A stretch of 64,000 nt of DNA, taken from assembly GCA_025057645.1 (NCBI GenBank), contig JANXBJ010000007.1, forward strand, positions 46,664-110,663, in the 5' to 3' direction. The translations under genes were made by a program, and so were the position numbers. Position 1 is the stretch's first letter. Every line of letters starts with the position of its first letter. Below, one piece after another: positions 53,926 to 63,477 of this stretch. The notes under the pieces were generated by a model. That model made no database searches and was not told the DNA's origin. It saw only the letters and a program-made list of their open reading frames with translations. This DNA is from Anaerolineales bacterium. Lineage in GTDB: Bacteria > Chloroflexota > Anaerolineae > Anaerolineales > UBA4823.

Positions 53926-54748
53926 CACTCGCCGCTCCCTTCGTGGAATAGTATTCGGAAAAAAGCTGTTGTACCTTTGCCCAAGCTTCTGCCTCAGTGG
54001 TAGAGGGGTAAAATTCCATCCCAACGAGCCCATCAAACCCAAGCTCGGCCAATTTACGAACTAAGTTGGGGAAGTTGATCTCCCCCGTTCCCGGCTCCTG
54101 CCGGGTTGGAACATCGCCGATGTGAAAAGTCGGGTATAGGCCGTAGCACTTCTCCAAATAGTAAGTCAGGTTTCCTCCACTACGCTGCTGATGGTAGCAA
54201 TCGAAAGCAAGGCGAAATTGGGGATGGTCCATGCGACGCACCCAATCCGCAGCCAATTCCAAGTCATGGACAAGCAAGTCTCCCTGGATGTGGTACTGGT
54301 TGAGCCCTTCCACCCAAATTTGAACCGAGGTTTGTTCAACCAATTTTAGAATCCGCTCCGTCTGCTCAAGAAGATTGGCATATTGCTCTGCGGCGCTAAT
54401 ATTGCGCGACAAGCGGCGCGTCCACTCCTTCCCATTGACGATCTCAACCTGATTCGAAAAGATAAATAAGTGGGGAATCTCGTATCGGCTGGCCATTTCC
54501 AAGCTTTCTTGCCAACTGCGGTAAGTCAGCTCATTGTCGGCTGGATCGGCCAACGAGCCCATCTGATCGTCAAAGGTCGAGTTAATGATCGCTCCACAGG
54601 CCTTGCATTCCCTGTATAGCTGTTCCATGGGGACTTGACGCCAACACCAAACATCGAAGCGACGGATCCCTAACTCAACAAAAGGGTGAACCCGCTCAAC
54701 GAAGGGACGGTCACGAAACCAGAAATCCAGATAGCCGCTAAACTCCAT
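53918..54748 (-). CDS. Xylose-isomerase-like TIM-barrel protein (hydroxypyruvate isomerase-like)
   Basis: 276 aa. The pattern of conserved acidic/His residues (…WVEGLN…, HIGD…) resembles Hyi/AP-endonuclease-2 fold proteins. It overlaps the E2 start by 8 nt. Confidence 0.6.
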   Translation of the reverse strand: MEFSGYLDFWFRDRPFVERVHPFVELGIRRFDVWCWRQVPMEQLYRECKACGAIINSTFDDQMGSLADPADNELTYRSWQESLEMASRYEIPHLFIFSNQVEIVNGKEWTRRLSRNISAAEQYANLLEQTERILKLVEQTSVQIWVEGLNQYHIQGDLLVHDLELAADWVRRMDHPQFRLAFDCYHQQRSGGNLTYYLEKCYGLYPTFHIGDVPTRQEPGTGEINFPNLVRKLAELGFDGLVGMEFYPSTTEAEAWAKVQQLFSEYYSTKGAASDD

Positions 54749-54793
54749 CTCGTGCTCCTTAGTGAAGTATCCGTATGCCCTGTGCCGTTTTTC

Positions 54794-55795
54794 TTACAGG
54801 GGTTCAGCGACCTTCACCCCTCTCATCAACTCATGGGCTGCTCTCAAGATATCCTCCTCCTGAGGCAGAACAGTTTGTTCAAGCGAAGGACTATAAGGAA
54901 TTGGCACATTCTTGGCTGCCACACGAAGGATCGGCGCGTCAAGATACTCCACCGCTTGCTCGGCTAGGATTGCCGCAATTTCGGCCCCGGGACCCGACCT
55001 TCGATGAGCTTCGTGGACGATCATGACCCTGCCTGTCTTGGCTACCGATTCAAGAAGAGTCGGCACATCCAGAGGCACCAGCGTCCTGGGATCGATCACT
55101 TCTGCTTGAATCCCCTCCTGGGCAAGCTTTTCCGCCGCCTGAAGGGCTTTGGGCACCATCCCACCGATGGCGATGATGGTTAAGTCATCGCCACTGCGAC
55201 GGATCGCCGCTTCGCCGAAGGGAACAGTGAAATTTTCATCTTCCGGCACCGGACCGCGCAAGGCATATAACATCTTATGCTCAAAGAACAACACTGGATC
55301 CCTGCCGCGCAAGGCGGTTTTCAACAGTCCTTTGGCATCTGCAGGTGTTGCGGGCACTGCGATCTTGAGGCCAGGCACATTCATAAACCAAGACTCGGCG
55401 CTTTGGGAATGCTGCGCTGCAGCGGAACCCGGTGCGCCGGTCGTTACTCGAATGACTAAGGGGACATCCGCTTTCCCGCCGCTCATATAACGCGCCTTCG
55501 CCACCTGATTGACAATCTGATCCCCGGCGCACATCAAGAAGTCGGCAAACATAATCTCAACAATGGGGCGCATTCCGCACAAAGCCGCTCCCAGCCCCAT
55601 CCCAACAATTGCGGTTTCCGAGATTGCGGTATCGCGCACGCGCTCTTCACCAAACTCTTGCAGCATTCCCGCAGAGACTCCCCAAACTCCGCCGAACACT
55701 CCTACATCCTCACCCATCAAGAACACCCGCGGATCGCGGCGCATCTCCTCGCTCATCGCTTCACGAATGGCTTCAGAGTAGGTGATCTCCCTCAT
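54794..55795 (-). CDS. 2-oxoacid dehydrogenase E1 component, beta subunit
   Basis: MREITYSEAIREAM... and VFLMGEDVG are typical of PdhB/AcoB-type transketolase-like beta subunits. 333 aa. Confidence 0.9.
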   Translation of the reverse strand: MREITYSEAIREAMSEEMRRDPRVFLMGEDVGVFGGVWGVSAGMLQEFGEERVRDTAISETAIVGMGLGAALCGMRPIVEIMFADFLMCAGDQIVNQVAKARYMSGGKADVPLVIRVTTGAPGSAAAQHSQSAESWFMNVPGLKIAVPATPADAKGLLKTALRGRDPVLFFEHKMLYALRGPVPEDENFTVPFGEAAIRRSGDDLTIIAIGGMVPKALQAAEKLAQEGIQAEVIDPRTLVPLDVPTLLESVAKTGRVMIVHEAHRRSGPGAEIAAILAEQAVEYLDAPILRVAAKNVPIPYSPSLEQTVLPQEEDILRAAHELMRGVKVAEPL

Positions 55796-55807
55796 AGTGC
55801 CTTTCTC

Positions 55808-56812
55808 CTAGAAAACTAAACCGTTGTGTATGTCAGCGTAGACGCCATAAAGGGCATCCTCCGACTGTGGTTGCGAAGCCTGCTTTGCGAACAAAACTGC
55901 CTCGTCAAGTTGAGCCATGATCTCGCCTTGAATCTCCTCCAAAGTCGACTCATCGACAAGTTGTTCCTGAAGTAACCGAGCACGAAAGCGCGGGATGGGG
56001 TCGCGCCGTTTCCACTCCTCGACCTCTTGAGGAGTTCGATATACTTGAGGATCCCCTTCGTAATGGCCACGCAAGCGATAGGTCTTGGCCTCGATGAGCG
56101 TTGGCCCTTCACCATTTCTGGCTCGCTCCGCCGCCTGTCGCACCGCCTCATACACCGCCACAACATCGTTACCATCGACAATCACGCCGGGGAACCCATA
56201 AGCCACGGCGCGGTCGGCTAAGTTCTGGATAGCTGTCGAGCGATGCATTGCTGTGCCTTCTCCATAGAGGTTGTTCTCACAGAAGAAAATCACCGGCAAT
56301 TTCCAGACCGCAGACTGATTGGCTGCTTCGTGAAAGGCCCCTTCATTTGCGGCGCCATCTCCGAAGAAAGCTAAGGCCACTCTCCTTTCCCCGCGCATCT
56401 TAAAAGCTAATGCAGCCCCGGCAGCGATGGGAATCCCGCCACCAACAATGCCGTTCGCCCCCAGAATCCCCAAATTGAAGTCGCTTATATGGAGAGAACC
56501 CCCTCGTCCGAGACAGTACCCGGGCTGCCTGCCCGCCAACTCGGCCATCATATATCGCGCTTCTCCCCCTTTGGCGATCAAGTGACCGTGCCCGCGATGG
56601 GTGCTGGTGATCACATCATCCGGGTTCAAGGCAAGGCAAGCCCCCACTGCCGTGGCCTCCTGACCCACGCAGGAATGGATAAAACCAGGGATAAGCCCCC
56701 GATGGCGTTCTTCGATAGCCCGTAGCTCAAACTCGCGAATTAGAGTCATCCTGCGAAACATCTCCAGCAGCAAAGAAGTTGGGTAACTCGAGAGACTCTT
56801 TGTTGCATCCAT
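55808..56812 (-). CDS. 2-oxoacid dehydrogenase E1 component, alpha subunit (TPP-binding)
   Basis: The start is trimmed to ATG 56812, which has a GGAGGG SD. The TPP motif is GDGAANEGAFHEAANQSAVWKLPVIFFCENN. Confidence 0.9.
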   Translation of the reverse strand: MDATKSLSSYPTSLLLEMFRRMTLIREFELRAIEERHRGLIPGFIHSCVGQEATAVGACLALNPDDVITSTHRGHGHLIAKGGEARYMMAELAGRQPGYCLGRGGSLHISDFNLGILGANGIVGGGIPIAAGAALAFKMRGERRVALAFFGDGAANEGAFHEAANQSAVWKLPVIFFCENNLYGEGTAMHRSTAIQNLADRAVAYGFPGVIVDGNDVVAVYEAVRQAAERARNGEGPTLIEAKTYRLRGHYEGDPQVYRTPQEVEEWKRRDPIPRFRARLLQEQLVDESTLEEIQGEIMAQLDEAVLFAKQASQPQSEDALYGVYADIHNGLVF

Positions 56813-56831
56813 GGTTCCCTCCACACACAAG

Positions 56832-58172
56832 TTAAGAAGAATGGTGCACCTTCTGCCAAAGCTCCAGGGCAGCTTGATGAGCTCTCTGGGTGAGCGACTC
56901 CGCATCTCCCTTCAGGTAGAACCCATCTCTCATCAGCCACTCACCCCCGACCATTACACTGCGAACCTGGGAGCTATTCACGTAAAGTAAAGTCTGCTCA
57001 TAGAGATTATGCTCCTCGAGAGGAGTTGGCAGGTTGACCTGAAAGAGCTGTAAATCCGCATACCACCCTGGAGCCAATCTTCCGACGCCTTCGAGGTTCA
57101 GAGCGCGAGCGCCACCCTCGGTAGCCAAATACCACACTTGCCAAGCCGGCATTACTTGAGGATTTTGTTTTGCCGCCTTATGGATCAGAAACGCCCCGCG
57201 CATGACCTCAAAAAAGTCCGTAATATATCCGTCGCTCCCCAAGCCTACCTGCACCCCAGCGGCGACTAAATCCGGAATCGGAGCGATCCCCCCTCCCACC
57301 TCACAATTGGAGAGAGGCATGTGAGTGACCTTCACACCCGCCTTTGCCAATCGTTCAATTTCTGCCGTATCAAGTTGGACGCACTGAGAAGCGAGCATCC
57401 TATCGCCGAGCACGCCTAGTTTTTCATAGTAAAAGACAGGCCGCATCCCAAAATGCTCGAGACAATACTCAGGCTCAAACGTTCCTTCAGAGAGATGGCA
57501 GTGGGTTAGGACACCATAGCGCTCCGCCAAATCAAAAGCCTGACGGATAAAGGCTTCGCTACAGGTGAAGGTGGTGTGGAAGCACATTAAGCCCCTCAAG
57601 CGCTCCGAGGATGCACAGGCTTCGATGCACGCAACATTCTCCCGTAACCCCAGCTGACCGTTCTCTGGAGAAACGCGCTCGGTGGCTTCAAAAGAGAGGA
57701 CACCGCGCATTCCACTCTGCGCAACCACTTCGGCTTGCGCTCGGAGCACTCCTGGGAGAGCAAATGGAGCTTCGGTGCAGTCATAAAAACAGGTGATGCC
57801 CGAGCGCGCCATGCGGTACATTTGCACCGCAGTCGCTGCGCAAATCATCTCCCGCGTCAGTTGATCTTCAACCTTCGGCCACCAGAAATCGACCAAAAAA
57901 GACCAAAAGCCGCTCGGGGCATTCTCCAAGGGAATCCCATGAGCTAAAACCCCGTAAAGGTGAGTATGGGCATCGACAAACCCTGGAGCACACACCTGCC
58001 CTTTCGCTTGCACAATTTCGGCGCTAGGGTAACGTTCAAGCAGGACTTCGTGGGTTGCAATCTCTTTGACTTTCCCCTGTTCAACGCACACCCCATACCC
58101 GCGGTAAGGAGGCTCTAGGGGGGTGGAGATCAACCAATCGGGCAAGATTAGCATCAAGTCAGATTGACTCAC
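56832..58172 (-). CDS. SsnA-like amidohydrolase (COG0402 family)
   Basis: PGFVDAHTHLYGVLAHG..., followed by FLVDFWWPKVEDQL. This parallels the HxHxY...LWWRLD arrangement I recall for E. coli SsnA. 446 aa. Confidence 0.7.
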   Translation of the reverse strand: MSQSDLMLILPDWLISTPLEPPYRGYGVCVEQGKVKEIATHEVLLERYPSAEIVQAKGQVCAPGFVDAHTHLYGVLAHGIPLENAPSGFWSFLVDFWWPKVEDQLTREMICAATAVQMYRMARSGITCFYDCTEAPFALPGVLRAQAEVVAQSGMRGVLSFEATERVSPENGQLGLRENVACIEACASSERLRGLMCFHTTFTCSEAFIRQAFDLAERYGVLTHCHLSEGTFEPEYCLEHFGMRPVFYYEKLGVLGDRMLASQCVQLDTAEIERLAKAGVKVTHMPLSNCEVGGGIAPIPDLVAAGVQVGLGSDGYITDFFEVMRGAFLIHKAAKQNPQVMPAWQVWYLATEGGARALNLEGVGRLAPGWYADLQLFQVNLPTPLEEHNLYEQTLLYVNSSQVRSVMVGGEWLMRDGFYLKGDAESLTQRAHQAALELWQKVHHSS

Positions 58173-58189
58173 AGCACTACTCTCCTTGC

Positions 58190-59017
58190 CTATCCCTTTA
58201 CCGCACCTTCAATCATCCCTTGGAGGAAATAATCCCGCAAACGCAAGAACAGAACTAGAGCCGGAACCATAATAACCACGCAGGCAGCTGCCAACAGCTC
58301 GTCTTGATTGCCTTCCAAAACATGCTGGAAGTCAAATAGACCTACGGTAGCCATTTTCATACTGGTCTTGTTGATCAAGATCAAGGGAGTGAGAAAATTG
58401 TTCCAGTTATACACAAAGTTGATCAGCAGAGTGGCAATTAGGCCAGGCGTAGTGATTGGCAAGACAACGCGGAGAAAGGTCTGCACAGGCGTTGCCCCGT
58501 CAATCGCTGCTGCCTCTTCAAGAACTCGGGGGATGCTCTCAAAGAACCCCTTCATAATCCAAATGCTTAAAGGAACGCCGTAGGCCCCAAAAACCAAGAT
58601 CATTAAGGTATACGTATTCAACAAGCCCAAATCGCTTGCAATTTTCAGGATAGGGATCAGATTGGTCAGACCCGGTAACATCATCATGCCGAGGATAAAG
58701 GCCTCAATGGCTCCCTTGCCTTTGAAATCAAACCGCGCCAAAGCGTATGCCGTCAACGTGGCGGCAATCGTAGTAACAACCGCCCCACCCACTCCATTGA
58801 TAATGCTATTCAAAATATAGCGCGGAAACTGCCCATAGCGGAACAGGCGAGCGTAATTCTCAAGTGTCCACCGTTGAGGCAAGATGCTCAAGAAGGCCGT
58901 TTTTGGCTCATGGAAAGAAACCAAGAACGAATAGACCACGGGAAAAAGAATAATCAGACAAAACAGCAGAAGGAAGGCATTAATCAACACAGATTCAACC
59001 AGTTTTCTCCGACTCAT
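58190..59017 (-). CDS. Carbohydrate ABC transporter permease (CUT1, MalG-like)
   Basis: 275 aa with six TM segments and the EAA-type loop EAAAIDGATPVQTFLRVVLP. Confidence 0.9.
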   Translation of the reverse strand: MSRRKLVESVLINAFLLLFCLIILFPVVYSFLVSFHEPKTAFLSILPQRWTLENYARLFRYGQFPRYILNSIINGVGGAVVTTIAATLTAYALARFDFKGKGAIEAFILGMMMLPGLTNLIPILKIASDLGLLNTYTLMILVFGAYGVPLSIWIMKGFFESIPRVLEEAAAIDGATPVQTFLRVVLPITTPGLIATLLINFVYNWNNFLTPLILINKTSMKMATVGLFDFQHVLEGNQDELLAAACVVIMVPALVLFLRLRDYFLQGMIEGAVKG

Positions 59018-59026
59018 CTTGCACCC

Positions 59027-59893
59027 CTATGCTGCTAAGGCGCTTTCCTGACGTAAAGCCCGGAGGTAGAAAGCTGCCAGAATTGCATTAATGATCAGCA
59101 GGAGGACAGCAATAGCCGCTGCATAGCCGAAGTTATAGTATTGAACCGCTTGGCGATACATCATGATCCCTAGCACCTCGGTGGCTCTCCCTGGTCCCCC
59201 CTCTGTTATGGACAGAATCATGCCCACACCGTTAATGCCCTGAATGAGGATAAACACAGCCGTAACCACAACAGTAGGTAACATCAGGGGCCAAGTGATG
59301 TAGCGAAACACACCGAAGCCGCTTGCCCCATCGATCTGGGCTGCCTCGGTGATTTCGGTGGGAATGGTTTGCAAGCCGGCAAGGAGAAGAAGCATCGCAA
59401 AGCTGATTGAACGCCACACCGTGGCAGCAATCACAATAATCATTGCCCCCCACGGGCGGGTGATAAGGGCAATGTTATTGATCAAGGGCGCAATTAAGTT
59501 CTGAATAATCCCTTCCTTGGGGTAAAACATCCAACGCCAAACAACACCGGTGGTGATCTCCGAAAGCACCCACGGGAGAAAAATAATGGTCATATAGAAG
59601 CCCGTAAGTCGAAGGCCGCGATTCAACATCAAAGCAATTGCGTATGCGATCGTAATCGTGAACAATACATAGAAAGCAGTGAAGATCAACGTTGCTTGCA
59701 GACTCTGGTAGAAATCTGTGGTATTCAGAATCCGGCGAAAATTGTCCAGACCGACAAACTCCGTCACGCCATGTTTGGAACGAGTGAGCGACATGTAAAT
59801 ACTGTAGAGAGAGGGATAAAGAGTCACTGCAAAGATTAAGAGAAGGGAAGGAAGAGTCAAAAGATAGGGGTAGATACCACCGCGGCTTTTCAT
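59027..59893 (-). CDS. Carbohydrate ABC transporter permease (CUT1, MalF-like)
   Basis: EAA loop EAAQIDGASGFGVFRYITWP. The start is trimmed to ATG 59893, which has a GGAG SD. Confidence 0.9.
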   Translation of the reverse strand: MKSRGGIYPYLLTLPSLLLIFAVTLYPSLYSIYMSLTRSKHGVTEFVGLDNFRRILNTTDFYQSLQATLIFTAFYVLFTITIAYAIALMLNRGLRLTGFYMTIIFLPWVLSEITTGVVWRWMFYPKEGIIQNLIAPLINNIALITRPWGAMIIVIAATVWRSISFAMLLLLAGLQTIPTEITEAAQIDGASGFGVFRYITWPLMLPTVVVTAVFILIQGINGVGMILSITEGGPGRATEVLGIMMYRQAVQYYNFGYAAAIAVLLLIINAILAAFYLRALRQESALAA

Positions 59894-59971
59894 TCTTGTC
59901 TCCAGATGCACACAAAAACAGGCCTGTGGGGCAATCCTTCTGCCCCACAGGCTCCTTTATGCTTTGAGCTC

Positions 59972-61324
59972 TCACTTGAAGTATTGATTGAGCAGTTGCT
60001 CCTGAAGCTTGCTCATCTCTTGCAAGATATCGAGATCAGGATTGAGCATTAGCTCCTGCACCTTGGCCGAGAGCGCATCCATGGTCTCGTTGTAGTAAGG
60101 GCTAACCTCAGTCGGGTGGGCATTGCGGGTCAGGTTATCCAGCGAGTCCTTGTAGAATTGGGAAGCAAAGATCGGGTTGTCCATTGCGCTCTTGGTAGGT
60201 GGGACTCCGTAGTTCGCATCAGCCCAAGGCGCTAGAACCGCTGGAGTAAAGAAGAAGTTAATGAATTTGATAGCGTTCTCCACATTCTTTGCGCCGGCAG
60301 TGACCGCCCAGTTATCCGAGCCCATAAACACATACCCTTGCTTTCCACCGCTTAGCGCAGGCGGATTCCCGATCTTGACCGTGCCGGCCTCAAAGCGCTC
60401 CTTCAGCCCGGGGATGTAGATATACGACCAAGTTCCACCCCGCACCGCCCCGGCGGTTCTCTCGATGAAGGGACCCTCGGTAGCGGTCCAGTCGCCCGTG
60501 AAGGCGATCTCAGGAACGCACTTTTTCTCTAGCAGAGTGCGCCAGAAGGTCAAGGCCTTGACCATTTCCTCTGAGGCAAAATTCGGTTCGCCCTTCTCAT
60601 TGAAGATAGTACCTCCGAGCGACCACACAAGAGGTGCTAGCCCTTGAGCCATTGCAGCGGGATGTCGGCCGGCAAAGAAGGTGGCAACATATTTCCCTTG
60701 AGGCGCCAGTTTCTCGCAGGCACTGAACCAGCCTTCTTCGGTATCCGGGAAGCCCTCCGGGTAGAATTCGGTATCGTAATACCACTGACCGCCATTAATG
60801 AAGGTGCTGACGGCAAAGCGGTCGCCGGTCTTCTCGTTCAGTTTCTTTTCGAATTCGTTCAAGTCGTTATAGAAAGGAGTCCCCTCAATCTCTTTCTTAA
60901 TGCTGCGTAGAGCTCCAGCGTTAATCAGGCCATCCAAGTACTCTGCCCCAATGAGGATCAAATCGGGCAGATCCCCCCCGGCTTGATGGGCAAAGGCTAC
61001 CTTGGTTGCCATCTGATCCCAGGCCACTTGCTCATACTCGACTTTCACACCAGTTGTAGCCTGGAACGCCTCGATAATTTGCTTCAATTGCACAGGTCGG
61101 CGATCCTGTGTATCTGTCAGGTCAAAGAATGCCCACATACGTAACGAGCCGGGCTCTGCAGGGACCTCGACCTGCACCTCCTTGGTTACCTGAACCTCGA
61201 CAGTTTTGACCACTTCCTTCGGGACTTCGACCGTCTGCACGACAGTCTGAGGGGCACACGCAGCCAGTAGCAAGCTAAATAAGACGGCAAAAGCGAGTAG
61301 CTTCGAAAAAACTCTCCGTAACAT
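59972..61324 (-). CDS. Extracellular solute-binding lipoprotein, family 1 (sugar/oligosaccharide)
   Basis: Lipobox LLLAAC, a V/E/T/K-rich tether, then a typical SBP_bac_1 body. GGAGGAG SD. Confidence 0.85.
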   Translation of the reverse strand: MLRRVFSKLLAFAVLFSLLLAACAPQTVVQTVEVPKEVVKTVEVQVTKEVQVEVPAEPGSLRMWAFFDLTDTQDRRPVQLKQIIEAFQATTGVKVEYEQVAWDQMATKVAFAHQAGGDLPDLILIGAEYLDGLINAGALRSIKKEIEGTPFYNDLNEFEKKLNEKTGDRFAVSTFINGGQWYYDTEFYPEGFPDTEEGWFSACEKLAPQGKYVATFFAGRHPAAMAQGLAPLVWSLGGTIFNEKGEPNFASEEMVKALTFWRTLLEKKCVPEIAFTGDWTATEGPFIERTAGAVRGGTWSYIYIPGLKERFEAGTVKIGNPPALSGGKQGYVFMGSDNWAVTAGAKNVENAIKFINFFFTPAVLAPWADANYGVPPTKSAMDNPIFASQFYKDSLDNLTRNAHPTEVSPYYNETMDALSAKVQELMLNPDLDILQEMSKLQEQLLNQYFK

Positions 61325-61427
61325 GGTTCCTCACTCCTCCAAAAAAGTTTAGGGTTTTTGTTTTAGATCAATGTGCACCTAGCGCCAGACTCCCTCGCCC
61401 AATGGCTTTTTACAACTCCCCTCCTTT

Positions 61428-62837
61428 CTATCCCACAAAGGGGCTACGGGGTAAAAACTTTCCCCATGCTTCGCTCACGATGGGTTGACCTTCCATGACC
61501 ACCAGATGTCCTCGCAGGAAGACCATTTTGGGCCAACCCTGAATCTCCCACCCCTCGTAGGGGGTGTAATCCACCGCCTCGTGCAATCGGTAATCCCCCG
61601 GCTGCGCTTCTCTCTGAGTAAGGCGCACCATCCAATTGGGATCAAAGATTACCACATCTGCGTCGCTTCCCGGCTCAAGCGTTCCTTTGCGGGGATACAA
61701 TCCCATAATACGCGCGGGTTGCGTACAACAGATTTCCACCCAGCGCGAAAGAGAAATTTTATTCCTCCCAACTCCAAATGTGTGAATTAGGCTAAGCCTA
61801 GGCTCTAACCCGGGCAATCCTGGTGGGCACCGCCTGAAATCTTCTTCTCCACGGCTTTTTTGGGTTTTAAGATTGAACGCACAGTGATCGCTGCCGATGG
61901 AGTGAATCACACCCCTAGCGAGATCATTCCAGAGTTTTGCCTGCTCCCCTTTTGGTCGCAGAGGCGGGGCACAGACAAAACCCACCCCACCGCCGTAATG
62001 ATTCGCGCTAAAAACCGAATCGTCCAAGAGCAGATATTGAGGGCAGGTCTCCGCAAAAACCTGCCACCCAAGCTGCCGAGCCCGCTCGACTGCCCGCACA
62101 GAGGCCTCATGGGTTAGGTGAACCAGATAGAGCGGAACCTGAGCGATGTGCGCCAGATGAAGAACACGCTGGACTGCTTCGGCTTCGGCCTCCATTGGAC
62201 GGCTCAGAGGGTAGTGCTGGACGGAAAGTTGCTTTCTCTCAACCAATCGGTTTTGAGACCAACGAATAATGGCATCGTTTTCAGCATGTACGAGCACCAG
62301 CCCACCCGACTCCCGGACAGCCGCAAAGGCCTTCAGGAGTTCTTCATCGGACAAACCGAAACCCACATAGGTGGTGTAAAGCTTGAAGGAGGGGATTCCT
62401 CGTGCAACGACCTGCGGGATCTGCTCAAGACACTCTGGGACAGCCGAAATCAGGGTCATGTGGAAACTAAAATCCACATAGGCCTGCTTCTCTACCAGAG
62501 AGAGCCTCTCCTCAAGAGCTTGGATCAGGGGTTGGTCAGGGGCTGGCTCGACAAAGTCAATAATCGTGGTCGTGCCCCCGCAGGCCGCAGCTCGGCTGGC
62601 AGAGAACCAGTCATCGCTGGTGTATTCCCCGTTATAGGGCATTTGAGGGTGCACGTGAACATCCACTCCCCCGGGCAGGACATAGCATCCGCGAACATCC
62701 CACTCTTGGGGAGCTCTCAGATCCTTGCCGATCGCAACGATCTGCTCACCCCGGATGGCTAGATCCGCCTCAACAGTGGATTCACTTGTGATGAGCAGCC
62801 CGTTCCTGATAACGATGTCCGCCTCTACTGCTGCCAT
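61428..62837 (-). CDS. Dihydropyrimidinase / D-hydantoinase (second copy, HyuA-like)
   Basis: GGVDVHVHP, GGTTTIIDF, PSFKLYTTY, HAENDA and GSDHCAF. It is a paralogue of 10796-12226. Confidence 0.9.
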   Translation of the reverse strand: MAAVEADIVIRNGLLITSESTVEADLAIRGEQIVAIGKDLRAPQEWDVRGCYVLPGGVDVHVHPQMPYNGEYTSDDWFSASRAAACGGTTTIIDFVEPAPDQPLIQALEERLSLVEKQAYVDFSFHMTLISAVPECLEQIPQVVARGIPSFKLYTTYVGFGLSDEELLKAFAAVRESGGLVLVHAENDAIIRWSQNRLVERKQLSVQHYPLSRPMEAEAEAVQRVLHLAHIAQVPLYLVHLTHEASVRAVERARQLGWQVFAETCPQYLLLDDSVFSANHYGGGVGFVCAPPLRPKGEQAKLWNDLARGVIHSIGSDHCAFNLKTQKSRGEEDFRRCPPGLPGLEPRLSLIHTFGVGRNKISLSRWVEICCTQPARIMGLYPRKGTLEPGSDADVVIFDPNWMVRLTQREAQPGDYRLHEAVDYTPYEGWEIQGWPKMVFLRGHLVVMEGQPIVSEAWGKFLPRSPFVG

Positions 62838-62852
62838 CTGTTTCTCTCCTCG

Positions 62853-63407
62853 CTAGAAAACGGGCGGCGTGATTACGGAAATCCAGCGCACCGTGCCTTG
62901 ACAATTGTTTGAGATATGAGTTAGCTGGCTGCCGTTGAAGTAAATTGCATCTCCCGCATATAAATCGTAATAGGTAGCTCCTAGGCCTACCTTCAAGGAG
63001 CCCTCAAGGACAAAGATCCACTCTTCGGTCTCCACTGGCAAGCGTCTCGCAATGTTTTCTCCACAAGCTTCCTTAATCTCGCCGATGAAGGCCTCCATTT
63101 TACGGTTGATATCGGGAGTGAGAAGCTGGTATCTCACCCGATGATCGTCGAATTCCAAAAGAGAGCGATTTTGAGCCCTCACCACGGGGGACTGAGCTGG
63201 CGCCTCACTGAGAAAGTACATAATCGGAATACACAGGGCATCGGCAATACGTTGCAAGGACTTGAGTGAAGGTTCCGACTTATTATTCTCTAGTTGGCTA
63301 AGAAAAGCAGCCGTCAGGTCGGTCTTTTTAGCCAAATCTCGTAGGGTAAAATTCAGTTCTTTGCGTCGCTTTCTAAGCTTCTCTCCGAGAGTTTGTGGAG
63401 AATTCAT
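62853..63407 (-). CDS. XRE-family HTH transcriptional regulator with C-terminal cupin domain
   Basis: HTH_3 region LRDLAKKTDLTAAFLSQLENNKSEPSLKSLQRIADAL. Cupin-like C-terminus ...GDAIYFNGSQLTHISNN. It ends 15 nt upstream of the hydantoinase gene. Confidence 0.85.
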   Translation of the reverse strand: MNSPQTLGEKLRKRRKELNFTLRDLAKKTDLTAAFLSQLENNKSEPSLKSLQRIADALCIPIMYFLSEAPAQSPVVRAQNRSLLEFDDHRVRYQLLTPDINRKMEAFIGEIKEACGENIARRLPVETEEWIFVLEGSLKVGLGATYYDLYAGDAIYFNGSQLTHISNNCQGTVRWISVITPPVF

Positions 63408-63441
63408 CCCTTTGACCCACTCGCTCCCATGGTTGAGAGCA

Positions 63442-63470
63442 TTGACTTCTTAACTTTTGTTAGGTATATT
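63442..63470 (+). promoter_or_regulatory. Sigma-70-like promoter facing xylA (TTGACT-17-TATATT)
   Basis: ttgact at 63442-63447, a 17-nt spacer, and tatatt at 63465-63470. Confidence 0.55.
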
Positions 63471-63477
63471 TTAACTT

